Source of the DNA: a virus
Lineage: Duplodnaviria; Caudoviricetes
DNA: 37,564 bases
Virus record (IMG/VR): IMGVR_UViG_3300036783_000187
Span: 1 to 37,564 of that record
Direction: 5' to 3' (one strand)
Position 1 is the stretch's first letter. Every line of letters begins with the position of its first letter. Shown piece after piece: positions 16,446-25,700 of the stretch. The notes beneath the pieces were generated by a model that was not told the DNA's origin, searched no databases, and worked only from the letters and a program-made list of their open reading frames with translations. The translations under genes and the position numbers were made by a program.

Positions 16446-16847
16446 TGGGTCGATTTCCCTGGAGCACAGGGCCCCGGCCCGGGTGAACAGCCCCATCAAT
16501 TCCCCGCGCCCCCAGGTCGGCGATTCCCAGAGTTCGGTCCAGCCCGCCTTGTCGATAGCAGGCTCTCGGCACACCTTGGACAGCAGGGCCGGGGCGAAGG
16601 TGTTGATGTTGAACGAGGCTCCGGCCAACCGCTGTTCCGGCAGCGGCGGGTGCTCGGTGAGCAGGGCGTCGTATTCCATCGCCCCGATCGCGACATATAG
16701 GAAGCTCACCTGTTCCCCGTCGGCACCGAATGGCACGGAGAACTCGTCGCGATTGGCCTTCTTGGCCATCAGTGTCTGCAGAGTCGCCCGCTTGGCCTTG
16801 GTGCGCTGGTGCGCCCTGATTTCGACGTCGGGCACGGTAGGGGCCAT
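16425..16847 (-). CDS. Tail assembly chaperone (gpG-like)
   Basis: Between major tail and TMP; GAGAGGA RBS; YDALLTEHPP...FNINTFAPALLS. Confidence 0.8.
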   Translation of the reverse strand: MAPTVPDVEIRAHQRTKAKRATLQTLMAKKANRDEFSVPFGADGEQVSFLYVAIGAMEYDALLTEHPPLPEQRLAGASFNINTFAPALLSKVCREPAIDKAGWTELWESPTWGRGELMGLFTRAGALCSREIDPLPIYAG

Positions 16848-16915
16848 GGAATTCCTCTCGATGGCGCGCAGTAGCGCAGGCATCGAGCATATCCACGCGA
16901 ATCACCCAATCGATA

Positions 16916-17707
16916 TCAGGCGACGACGACAGCATCCTCGGCGGGTGACTGCACCACGGCGAACGTGAGGGTGAAGGTGGCCGGGGTGTTGTTGGTCAGG
17001 TTCGCGTTCGTGCGGCTGGACACCCGGATCGGCCACACCTCGCAGTGGTCCCCGGGGGTGTCCGGCATGTTGCCGAACCGGGTGACGAAGATGAAGCCCT
17101 TCGTCCGGCGCGGCAACGCTTCCCAGGCCGCGTCGATCTCGTCGTCGCGGTAGCAGTCCATCGTCGCGGTGGCCTGGCTGGTGCCCTCGATGGAGGTCTC
17201 GAACAGTTGCTTGAGGTTCGGGGTGGGGACCACGTTGCCCTGCGCGGCGAAGTTGATCCCGGAGACGAACTCGGTCAGTTCGATACAGCTGTGCACATCG
17301 GCCACCGACGGCGCGTCCAGGTTGGACGCGGTCCCGGCGGTGGGCGGGACAGTCACCTGCGGGACGGCGGCACCGCTGTCGGTCCAGGTCAACGCGTTGC
17401 CCAGCTGCACCAGCAGCTTGTGCCCACCTGCAGTGGCGGACCGGCCGTAGACCCGGTAGCCGTCGGCGCCGGGCACCGCGGACCAGGTCAGGGTGGCACC
17501 GCCGGCGGAGGCGAGCACCAGGGAGGCGGCGGTGGACCCGGCGGTCTCCCCGGTCTGGTTGTACGCGGTGACCACGTAGGACACGGTGCTGGCCGGGATG
17601 GTGCCGGGTGCCGCTATCGCGGTCACTCCACTGGGAGCCGGCATGACACCGATCGGGCCGAGGGTGAACCCGATGAAACTGTTCTCGTTCGGGATGAAAC
17701 GACCCAT
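16916..17707 (-). CDS. Major tail (tube) protein with an internal FN3/Ig-like insertion
   Basis: AAGGAG RBS; MGRFIPNEN...APS.AD...ELT...YRDD...EVWP.RV tube signature; inserted YVVTAYN..GE, LTWSAVPGA.GYRVY, WTDSG. Confidence 0.85.
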   Translation of the reverse strand: MGRFIPNENSFIGFTLGPIGVMPAPSGVTAIAAPGTIPASTVSYVVTAYNQTGETAGSTAASLVLASAGGATLTWSAVPGADGYRVYGRSATAGGHKLLVQLGNALTWTDSGAAVPQVTVPPTAGTASNLDAPSVADVHSCIELTEFVSGINFAAQGNVVPTPNLKQLFETSIEGTSQATATMDCYRDDEIDAAWEALPRRTKGFIFVTRFGNMPDTPGDHCEVWPIRVSSRTNANLTNNTPATFTLTFAVVQSPAEDAVVVA

Positions 17708-17770
17708 GATCTAGCTCCTTGAATCGGTGACCGTTGCCGGACCTCTCGATTCAGTGTCTCGGGGCTGTCA

Positions 17771-18235
17771 TCACGCAGGAGCGATCTCCTTGGTCAGGTA
17801 CAGGGTGGTGCTGTCCTGCTGGTGCCAGAACACTGGATAGGTCACATTGATCTGGGTGGGCGCCCCGAAGGAGTCGGTCCGGACGTACTGGATCTTGTAG
17901 GAATCCGTGCCCAGCAACAGCTTTGAGAACCGCAGTTGGTTCAGCCCGCCACGCAGCTTGTCCGCCGTCCAGGACACCTGCTCCCGGCGGATGCCGAAGC
18001 ATTCCACCATGTACGGCATCCGCCAGTCCCCCTGGCTGGCGGCGAACGGTCCCTCGGCGTGGTCCGCGGTCAGCTCGGACAGCACCGCGAACGGCTCGTA
18101 AGTCGATCCGGGCAGGTTCGGCTGGCCGATCCAGCTGGCGTCCGGCAGCTCGCCGTCGCCGATGTCGATGCCGACCTCGCGCAGGGTGGTCAACACCAGC
18201 GTGGTCAGCGGGGAGCGCAGCAGCGGGGCGGTCAC
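17771..18235 (-). CDS. Tail terminator-like protein
   Basis: Immediately upstream of the major tail gene; IGDGELP..W...PFAVL...VECFG..REQ. Confidence 0.7.
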   Translation of the reverse strand: MTAPLLRSPLTTLVLTTLREVGIDIGDGELPDASWIGQPNLPGSTYEPFAVLSELTADHAEGPFAASQGDWRMPYMVECFGIRREQVSWTADKLRGGLNQLRFSKLLLGTDSYKIQYVRTDSFGAPTQINVTYPVFWHQQDSTTLYLTKEIAPA

Positions 18236-18528
18236 TTGTCGCCTCCGGACAGCAGCGATGCACCCTCGTCCAGGGCCCGGTCCGCCATCCGGTCGGCGAT
18301 CCTGGGCACCTGGTCGCTGCTCACGCCACCGGCCGAGGTACCGGCCCGCTTGCGGTGCTGGGCCAGCACGGAGCGCAGGGCCGCACCCGGTATCTGGACG
18401 GCGGCACCGGTCTTGGCCTCCACGCTGGCACTGGCCGTCAGCGAGGTAGCAAGACGGCTCGCCCCGGTGGTGGCGGCATACCCCAGCTCCTGGGCGTACT
18501 GGGACACGGAGATGCTCTGGTTCGCCAT
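18232..18528 (-). CDS. Head-tail or tail-completion region protein
   Basis: TGATG and GTGA couplings; synteny only. Confidence 0.6.
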   Translation of the reverse strand: MANQSISVSQYAQELGYAATTGASRLATSLTASASVEAKTGAAVQIPGAALRSVLAQHRKRAGTSAGGVSSDQVPRIADRMADRALDEGASLLSGGDK

Positions 18529-18995
18529 CAGCCGTTGCCGTCCCATTGGGCGGAGTAGCCCCAGGTGGTGCAGGACAGCCGCCGGGCGTCGCCGAAGTAC
18601 CCGCCGCCAGCGACCTCGACCACCCGCAGTGCGGCACCGGTGAGGGTGTCGTCCTGGCCGGCGTCGCGGATCAACACGATGTCGTCGCGCTGCGGCACCT
18701 GGGCACTCCACGGGATGGACACGGTGGTCTCCCTGACATTGATCTGGCCCGGACCCAGCGACAACGAGCCCTGCCCGGACACCGGGTGCACCCGGGCCTT
18801 GGCACCGATGGTGCCGATGACGCCGTCGGGTACCGGGTCGCCGTAGATCTGCTTGGCATTGGACAGCCCGCCCATCTTGCCGGTGACCGGATCCAGCACC
18901 CCGACCCCACCGCGCAGGATGGTGACCAGCCCGTCCATGTTGGACTCGGTGTACGTGCGGACCGCCGCGATCACGGCCGGATCGACGGTGGGCAT
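18528..18995 (-). CDS. Head-to-tail stopper (DUF6093-like)
   Basis: M..LVTILR...LDPVTG...IY...KARV...VSIPW...DDIV.I. Confidence 0.7.
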   Translation of the reverse strand: MPTVDPAVIAAVRTYTESNMDGLVTILRGGVGVLDPVTGKMGGLSNAKQIYGDPVPDGVIGTIGAKARVHPVSGQGSLSLGPGQINVRETTVSIPWSAQVPQRDDIVLIRDAGQDDTLTGAALRVVEVAGGGYFGDARRLSCTTWGYSAQWDGNG

Positions 18996-18998
18996 CGC

Positions 18999-19463
18999 TC
19001 AATTGACCTTCCCGGTATCGGTGTTGACCACCGTCTGCAGCTCATCATCCCCGTACGGATCCAGGTACTGGGTCTGCAGTGCGGCCTGCGGGTTGTCGTG
19101 CATGCCGACGGCGAACTGCATGCCCAGTGGCGACGCGCCCGCGAACGGCACCGCGTTCCAGCCCTGCATCGTCTTGGCGGACTGCCGCAGCTCCTTGGCC
19201 AGCGCCTGGTACTTCTGATAGAGCTGGTCGCCGGAGTAGCTGACCCCGTCGGCGTTGATCGAGACCATCCCGGCGTACTTCGCCGCGATCCGGTCGGCGG
19301 CCAGCGCCGCGATGTCGACCGGCGTCAGGTCCGGATCCAGGCCGGAGAAGGCGATCAGGTATTCGATCTCGTTGTCACTGAGCAGCCCCGGGTTCCCGGT
19401 GTCCTGCGCCCAGAAGCGCACCGCATCCAGGCCCGAGGAGGACGGGTCGCCGCTGTAGGACAT
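18999..19463 (-). CDS. Head-to-tail adaptor
   Basis: SYSGDPS...DAVRF..QDT...LLSDNEIEYL...IAAKYA motif; synteny. Confidence 0.75.
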   Translation of the reverse strand: MSYSGDPSSSGLDAVRFWAQDTGNPGLLSDNEIEYLIAFSGLDPDLTPVDIAALAADRIAAKYAGMVSINADGVSYSGDQLYQKYQALAKELRQSAKTMQGWNAVPFAGASPLGMQFAVGMHDNPQAALQTQYLDPYGDDELQTVVNTDTGKVN

Positions 19464-19466
19464 CGG

Positions 19467-19823
19467 CTATCCGTCCGTGATGGGCTTGATCTCCGCCGGC
19501 TTGGTCTGCACCGGCTTGATCGGCGTTGGCTTGGAGCTGGTCAGCACGGTGCGCGGCGCGCGGCCGGGACCGGTGTGCTCCGCGTTCGGCAGTTCCAGCG
19601 GGGTGATCCCCAGCAGGGCGTAGATCCGGTCCGCGTCCCCGGGGCAGTACTTGGCCACCGCGGCCGCGAAGTCGGCCTCCGACATCCGTGCCTTCTGGAT
19701 CTCGTGGTGCTCGAGCAGGCTCTCGGTCATGGTCCACAGGTGGGCTTCGGGGAGCGGCTCGCCGGGTTCGCGGTAGCTCAGGCCGACCAGGACGCGACGG
19801 AAGGCCGCATAGGTCTCGATCAT
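19467..19823 (-). CDS. Hypothetical protein downstream of the capsid gene
   Basis: GAGGAG upstream; KPxxx repeats at the C-terminus. Confidence 0.7.
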   Translation of the reverse strand: MIETYAAFRRVLVGLSYREPGEPLPEAHLWTMTESLLEHHEIQKARMSEADFAAAVAKYCPGDADRIYALLGITPLELPNAEHTGPGRAPRTVLTSSKPTPIKPVQTKPAEIKPITDG

Positions 19824-19842
19824 CTGTTCATCTCCTCACCCC

Positions 19843-19887
19843 GAAAGCCGGGCCGCGTCGGCGGGGGGGGTGGCGAGCGCGGCCCGG
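19843..19887 (-). terminator. Hairpin after the major capsid gene
   Basis: CCGGGCCGCG...CGCGGCCCGG inverted repeat followed by CTTTC on the minus strand. Confidence 0.55.
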
Positions 19888-19891
19888 ACTG

Positions 19892-20893
19892 TCAGCTGAC
19901 GGCTGAGTTGATGAAGACTCCGCAGTCCTTGGAGACCTGCTTCATGGAATACGCCGCCTCGCCCTCGATCCGATCCGAGCGGGTCTTCAGGTCGGGGAAG
20001 TTGCTCATCGTCAGGCCGTACTTGTTCCCGGCCCCGTAGCCCTTCCAGTTGAACGTGTACCCGGCGCTGGGTTCCAGAAGGCCCGGGCGGGCGGGTGCGT
20101 AGCCGAACAGCATGGCCTTCGGGTTCATCATCCAGCTGTAGACCGCGGCCGCGTCCTGGGCCTTGCCGTCGTTGATCGACGGGCCGGTGGCCTGGCTGGC
20201 GTAGCCGATGTAGAGCTTGTCGATGCCGAAGAACTCGGCCACCAGCTCCTCGGTGACGACGCCCTTCTGGGTGTACTTGATCCGGTCCAGGATCGCCGGG
20301 TGGTTCTTGAGCGCCGACCACACGTCGGTGCCGATGACCATGAAGTTGGCCTTGCGGCCGACAGAGAGCCGGAAGGCGGTGAACCACGAGGTGGTGACCC
20401 GCAGTGGATCGGAGGCGGCCTGGTCCCATTGCAGGAACTGGGTCCCGGTCGGGCCGGCGGCGACCCCGGTGTACTCCAGGCCCCACTGACCGGTGGCGAA
20501 GTACTTTGCGGCCCACTGCTTGTCCTTGAGCAGCAGCAGGTGCTGGGTGATCAGCCGGGTGGCGTCGGAATCCAGGTTCCAGTTGGTGTCCGCGTTCGCC
20601 CTGGTCTGCGCGTCGATGTCGACGTGTGCGGCATAGACGTCGCAGTAGTAGTTGTCGCTCTGGTTCGACCAGCCGATGCCCGCCGACTCGGTACCGGGGG
20701 CGCGCTTCTGCGCGTCCGTGCGGCGCCAGTCCGACTTGGTGTACTTCCAGTACAGGTCGGATCGCTTGTCGCTCGGTATGGCCGGGAAGACCTTGTCGGC
20801 GATGAAGTCGTTCGGGTCCTGGAAGTAGGCGATCGAGACGTTGGTCAGCGGTCGGTCGATGTGCAGATCAGGACCGCCGGGAAGCTGTGGCAT
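19892..20893 (-). CDS. Major capsid protein (HK97 fold, lambda gpE-like)
   Basis: DLHIDRPLTNVSIAY...FIADKVFP...RAPGTE...LKNHPAILDRIKYT...GYTF signature; 333 aa. Confidence 0.9.
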   Translation of the reverse strand: MPQLPGGPDLHIDRPLTNVSIAYFQDPNDFIADKVFPAIPSDKRSDLYWKYTKSDWRRTDAQKRAPGTESAGIGWSNQSDNYYCDVYAAHVDIDAQTRANADTNWNLDSDATRLITQHLLLLKDKQWAAKYFATGQWGLEYTGVAAGPTGTQFLQWDQAASDPLRVTTSWFTAFRLSVGRKANFMVIGTDVWSALKNHPAILDRIKYTQKGVVTEELVAEFFGIDKLYIGYASQATGPSINDGKAQDAAAVYSWMMNPKAMLFGYAPARPGLLEPSAGYTFNWKGYGAGNKYGLTMSNFPDLKTRSDRIEGEAAYSMKQVSKDCGVFINSAVS

Positions 20894-20906
20894 GTGCTGC
20901 TACCTC

Positions 20907-21311
20907 TCAGTTAACCCGTAGAAGCACGGTGGCCAATGCGCCGCTGGGGGCGCCGATGATGACCTTGCCCAGGACCTGTCCAGTGGTGGCCAAAATTCCG
21001 GCACCGGTGGCGGTGGCCTGGACCTTGTCCCCGGCGGTCAGGGTTCCGCTGGCCACCAGCAGCGTCGCGCCGGCGATGGCGACGGTGGCCGCCTCGCCGG
21101 CGTACTGCGGCTTGTTCTGCAGCACCCCGACCGAGTCGCCGCCGACGGCTGTCACCAACCCGGCCTGGTGCGGCCCGGTGATGTCGACGAAGTGGTACTG
21201 CATGCCGCCGTTGGGATCCAGCGAGCCGCGGGCCCCGGGCACACCGGTGTAGAAACCGATGGACGCGTCGGAGTCCAGGCTGATGGTCCGGAGTGTTTCG
21301 TCGTATGCCAT
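20907..21311 (-). CDS. Capsid decoration/cement protein (DUF2190-like)
   Basis: QYHFV...GVLQNKP..GEAATVA..G...AGDKV; directly upstream of the capsid gene. Confidence 0.75.
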   Translation of the reverse strand: MAYDETLRTISLDSDASIGFYTGVPGARGSLDPNGGMQYHFVDITGPHQAGLVTAVGGDSVGVLQNKPQYAGEAATVAIAGATLLVASGTLTAGDKVQATATGAGILATTGQVLGKVIIGAPSGALATVLLRVN

Positions 21312-21321
21312 GGATCCGCCC

Positions 21322-22161
21322 TCAGAGCCGCTCGGCCCGGAGCGCGTCGTAGGCGCCCGGGTTGTTGTCGAAGAACTCGGTCATGGCGGTGGCGGTAGAA
21401 CCGTTGCCGCTCTTGGACACTCCGTCGGCGAGGTACTCCTCGATCTGCGCCATCGGGTCCTCGACCTCGGCGGCCCCGTCGTAACCCGCCTCGACGTAGA
21501 GCATCTCGCCGGATGCGGCCAGCGCCTTGTGGATCACCGCGCAGTCGTCGAAGGACAGCGCCTCGGCGGCCCGCATGAGTACCGGGCCCAACTCCTCCGG
21601 GTCGACCGGCACGTTGTACTCGGCGGCCTTGGAGATGTACTCGCGGGTCAGCCGCAGGTCCCGCTCGCTCTTGGCGATCTGCTCGGATTCGGCCAGCCGC
21701 GCCTCGGCGGCCTGGGCCCGCTTGGACAGGGTGGTGAATGCCTTGGACAGCACCACATCCCGGTCCTCCTCGCTGACCGCCTTGGACAACTCCTGGCGGA
21801 TCCCGGCGATCACCGCGTCGCCGGGGTCGTAACCGAAGGCCGACTTGCCGACCTCGACGAGTTCGTCATCGGGGGCGTAGTCGTAGTCGCCGTAATCGCC
21901 GTCAGTGCCGGGATCCCTGTCGTCGTCGTCGTCGAAGGTGACCTCGAACTGGTTGCCGTCTTCGTCCTCGAGGATGTCGCCCTCCTCGAACTCACTGAGG
22001 TCGATGGGATTCCCGGCCTCGTCGAAGTAATCGGGCATGCTTTCCTCCTGGTCAGCGCGCTTGGAGAACACAATCGAGGCGGATGTATTGGCGGCACGGT
22101 CGACCATGGAGACCTCGTCGATCTCCATGTCGGTGATCCGCTGAACTGGCCGCTTCGGCAC
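21322..22161 (-). CDS. Scaffolding protein with an N-terminal XkdF/HK97-protease-like strand
   Basis: GGAGG RBS; N-terminal ITDMEIDEVSMVDRAAN; acidic and coiled-coil body; C-terminal NPGAYD; internal AGGAGG-ATG start at 22038. Confidence 0.8.
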   Translation of the reverse strand: MPKRPVQRITDMEIDEVSMVDRAANTSASIVFSKRADQEESMPDYFDEAGNPIDLSEFEEGDILEDEDGNQFEVTFDDDDDRDPGTDGDYGDYDYAPDDELVEVGKSAFGYDPGDAVIAGIRQELSKAVSEEDRDVVLSKAFTTLSKRAQAAEARLAESEQIAKSERDLRLTREYISKAAEYNVPVDPEELGPVLMRAAEALSFDDCAVIHKALAASGEMLYVEAGYDGAAEVEDPMAQIEEYLADGVSKSGNGSTATAMTEFFDNNPGAYDALRAERL

Positions 22162-22207
22162 GTGGCCTCCCTCGGTTTAAGTCTCGGGGGGCTTGCAAGA
22201 CGCAGAG

Positions 22208-22699
22208 CTAGCTGTTCCTGCGGCGGTTGTACGCGTACACGCCGCCTCCGGTACCGGCGGCACCAACACCGGCGGCACCGCCGTAGATGATCTTCCGGTT
22301 CGTCGGCAATGCCCGGAGGCGACCGGCGGCCTGCCTGGTCTCGTGTGCCCCGATCGCTCCGGCCATCCGGACGTTGCCGGCCAGGGTGGCCCCGGCTGTG
22401 GTCGCGCCGCCCTTGATCGCCGACATTCCGGCCGTGGCGCGGTTGCCCGCGGTGCTGGCCGTGTCGGCCACCACCTTCCGGCCGCTCTTGTATGCCGCCT
22501 GTGCGGCTCCCCTGGCATGGCCGTAGGTCGCCGCGCCTTGCGCCTGGGCTCGCCCGACCGCCCCGCCGGCCCGGCTCGCACCCCGGATCGTGGCCACCTG
22601 CGCCCGGCCGACACCCCGGCGCACCGCCTTCGCTCCTGAGCTCCAGACACTCTTCTCGATCAACCGGTCGTCGTAGACGCCGAAAGCGGACATGCTCAC
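22208..22699 (-). CDS. Basic Ala/Gly-rich putative internal virion protein
   Basis: GGAGG RBS; SAFGV...IEKS leader; C-terminal Gly/Ala hydrophobic segment plus RRR tail. Confidence 0.75.
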   Translation of the reverse strand: MSMSAFGVYDDRLIEKSVWSSGAKAVRRGVGRAQVATIRGASRAGGAVGRAQAQGAATYGHARGAAQAAYKSGRKVVADTASTAGNRATAGMSAIKGGATTAGATLAGNVRMAGAIGAHETRQAAGRLRALPTNRKIIYGGAAGVGAAGTGGGVYAYNRRRNS

Positions 22700-22708
22700 A
22701 ACTGCCTC

Positions 22709-25700
22709 CTAGTAGGCGTACGAACGGCCGCCACGGTGACGGTCATAGGTGTGTACTCCGAGCGCGGCTGCGCCCAGTGCTGCTGTGCCGAGTGCCGAAC
22801 CCCGCGAGATCCGGCGCAGGCCTTTGGCTTTCCCGGCCAACTCGGTCGACCTGAGCTGGTGGGTGATCGCCTGGTTGTGGGCCGTGGTCGCCCGGGTGAT
22901 GTGGGCCGGGTTCTCTGTCGCCTTCTTGTGCGCCGCGACCAGTTGGTGCAGCTGGCCCTTGGTCGGCGCCGTCGCGCCCGGCTTGGCCAGGTCGCTCAGC
23001 GAGGTCTGCACCGCCCTGTGTTCCGGGCTCGCGGTCCGCATGGCGGCCAGGGTGTTCTGCAGGTCGAGGTGCGCCGCGTTCGCGTGCTCCATCGTGGCGG
23101 CCGCCTCCCGGTCGACGGCCCTCGCCTTCCGCCCGGTCTTGACCGCATGACCCCCGGCCAGGACCGCACCGCCGGACAGCGCACCGGAGTACACGGCCTG
23201 CCGGTTGTGCCGGTTCTTCTCCGGGTCGTACGCCTTGCCGAAGGACTGGAACTTCTTCTTGGCCTGATTGCCGGTCCGGGCGAACGACCCCCGGTTGTGC
23301 AGGTCGCTGTAGGCGCCCTCACCGGCCAAGGCGAGCCCGCCGGCAACCAGGGCCGCACCGCCCTTGGTGGACAGCCGCCCGATCCGGGCCGCCCGCCGGG
23401 CGATCTTGGTGGCGTGTTCGGCTTCGCCGATCTTCTTGGGGGAGCGAGTGATCCACTGCGCCATGCCCGGCGCCACGTCACTGTGCCGGGAGGCGACCAG
23501 ATAGCCCAGGCCCGCGGTACTCAATCCGGCAGTACGCCTGGATCTGGCCATCTCGGCCTTGCGGTTGTCACCGGGCAACTTGCCGTCACGTGGCGGGGGC
23601 TTGTCGCCGAAGTCCTTGCGCACCGTGCCCCGGTCGTTCGCCCGGCGCTGTGCACGGACCGCCCGGATGTACCCGGTCTCACCGGCCCGGCCCCACTGCC
23701 TCGCACTGCGGGCGAGGTTCTCCCCTCGGCCCTGCATCTTCTTGGCCTGATCGGCGACCTTGACGCGGGCCGGGCCGGTGAGTTCGGCGGCCTTCCGCTC
23801 GAGCCGGTGCGCGGAGTCCAGACGCCGGTTGCCCGCCTTCTGGCTGATCACCTTGAGGTGCTTGTACTCGGTGCGCATCGGGTGGCGGTACGGCCCGAGC
23901 GGGTGGATGCCTGCTCCTTGCTTGTTGGCCAATTGCCGGCGCAGCTCATTGGTCCCGATCACCGCGGCGCTCCCGGCTCCGGCTGCGGCAAGAGGTATGA
24001 CGAGCGGGCTCATCTTGGACACCGGGTCGACGAACAGCCGGGCCCGGTCGGCCGGGCTGTAACCCTTGGCCCGCTTGACCTTCCCGCGGATCGCGGTGGC
24101 GTAGTGGTAGCCCTTGGATGGCGCGTTCAGTGCGTCCATCGCCTGGCCGCGGCCCATCTTGTACTCGTACGGCTCGCCCGGGCGGCTGCGCATCTCCACC
24201 GCCAGGCGCCGGGTCTGCGGCTGGTAGCCCATCGCATGGATCGCCGAGGACTTGACCGGGTGCAGTTTGACCGCCGGCGGATGGATAGCCTGCTCTGCAC
24301 GCACCCGGATCTTCGGCCGGTCGGCGGCCTTGGTCACCAATTGCAGGATGGTGTGCGGCAGGGTCGGATGGGTGGCCAGCACCCGGTTCGCCGTGCTGAT
24401 TCCCTGCCCGTACATGTGCAACCCGCGGGCGATCGCCACCTTGGCTCCCTTGGAGTTGACCAACACCTTCTTGCCGGTCTTGACCGGGATGCCACCCGGC
24501 GCCGGGCCGGGACCGGTGGGGATGTTCCGCTTGGACACTTTGGCCCGGGTGCCCTTTCCATGTATGGAAAAACCTGTCCGGGCACCGGATTTCACCAGGT
24601 TCCACTGCTCGTCGTCGTTCACGTGGTAGCCGACCCACCAGCCGTGCGGCAGTGAGTCCGCAGGCAGGCCCATCTTCTCCAGCTTCTCCGGGGTGACCAC
24701 AAAGCTCTCGATCATGTCCGCGGTGTGCAGCGGCTCGTCGAACTTGGCCACCCGGCGGTGCATGTCACCGCCCTTGCGGGAGTCGATCACGTAGCGGTAG
24801 GCCGATTTCTCCATCTCCTCGATGGGCACGATGTCGCCCTGCAGGTCGACGATCTCCTGGCCGTTGACCGCCGACACCGAGGCCCAGCCGAACACCTGGC
24901 GCTTGTCGGCGTCGACCTTGGCGATCTCGCCGGTCCAGGTCACGTCCGCCAGGTCCGACTTGGCCACCCGGGCCGGCATGGCCCGGGGGCGCTTTTTGTC
25001 CCGGCTGCGAACCCCGGCCCGGGCGCCGGCGTAGAAACCGGCGGCGGGCGCAGTGGCCAAGGTGGCCACCGTGCCGGCCCCGATCAGTGCCGCGGTACGC
25101 GGGCTGGGAATCAGCCGACCGAGCTTCGCCGATGCCTCGGCGGCCGATCTGGTCGCATTCTCGACCTGCTCGGTGGTGCCCCGGGCGTGCTCGGTGGTGC
25201 GGTAGACGTTCCGCAGCGTCGCCCGGCCGCCCCGGTACACCGACCGGATGCTCTTGGACATCGGCTGGTACAGCCCGCTCCTGGTCCTCGGGTTGGCCGG
25301 GGAGAAGTTGAGCTTCGGGCGCTTGGCCCGCAGGCTCGGCACCCGCATCGGCAGGGAGTTCAGCGGCTTGAGTCGGAAGGCCTTGTTGATCTGCTTGTTG
25401 GCCTGGTTGAGCTGCTTGAGTTGGGCGTGCGCACCCATGGCATCCGAGGCCAACTCCACGCCGTGCAGCGTGAGCAGGCCGCCGCCGATGACACCGGCCG
25501 CCACTGCGGGCTTGACCCCCATCCGCTTCAGGGCTCCGGCGACCCTGCCGACCTTCGCCGCCGGCAGCTCGATCCCCTTGGCCTCCGCCATCCGGCGTTT
25601 CTGTTCTCCGATGCTGGCGGTGACCGCATGCAGCCCGGCGGCACCGGCAACCCCGGTCGCCGCCAGTCCGGTCTCGGCGACCCGCTTCTGCCGTTTGGCC

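Noticed and set aside
16453-16459. GGGAAAT as the chaperone slippery heptamer
   Set aside because: Not phased as X XXY YYZ in the chaperone frame (AGG GAA ATC)
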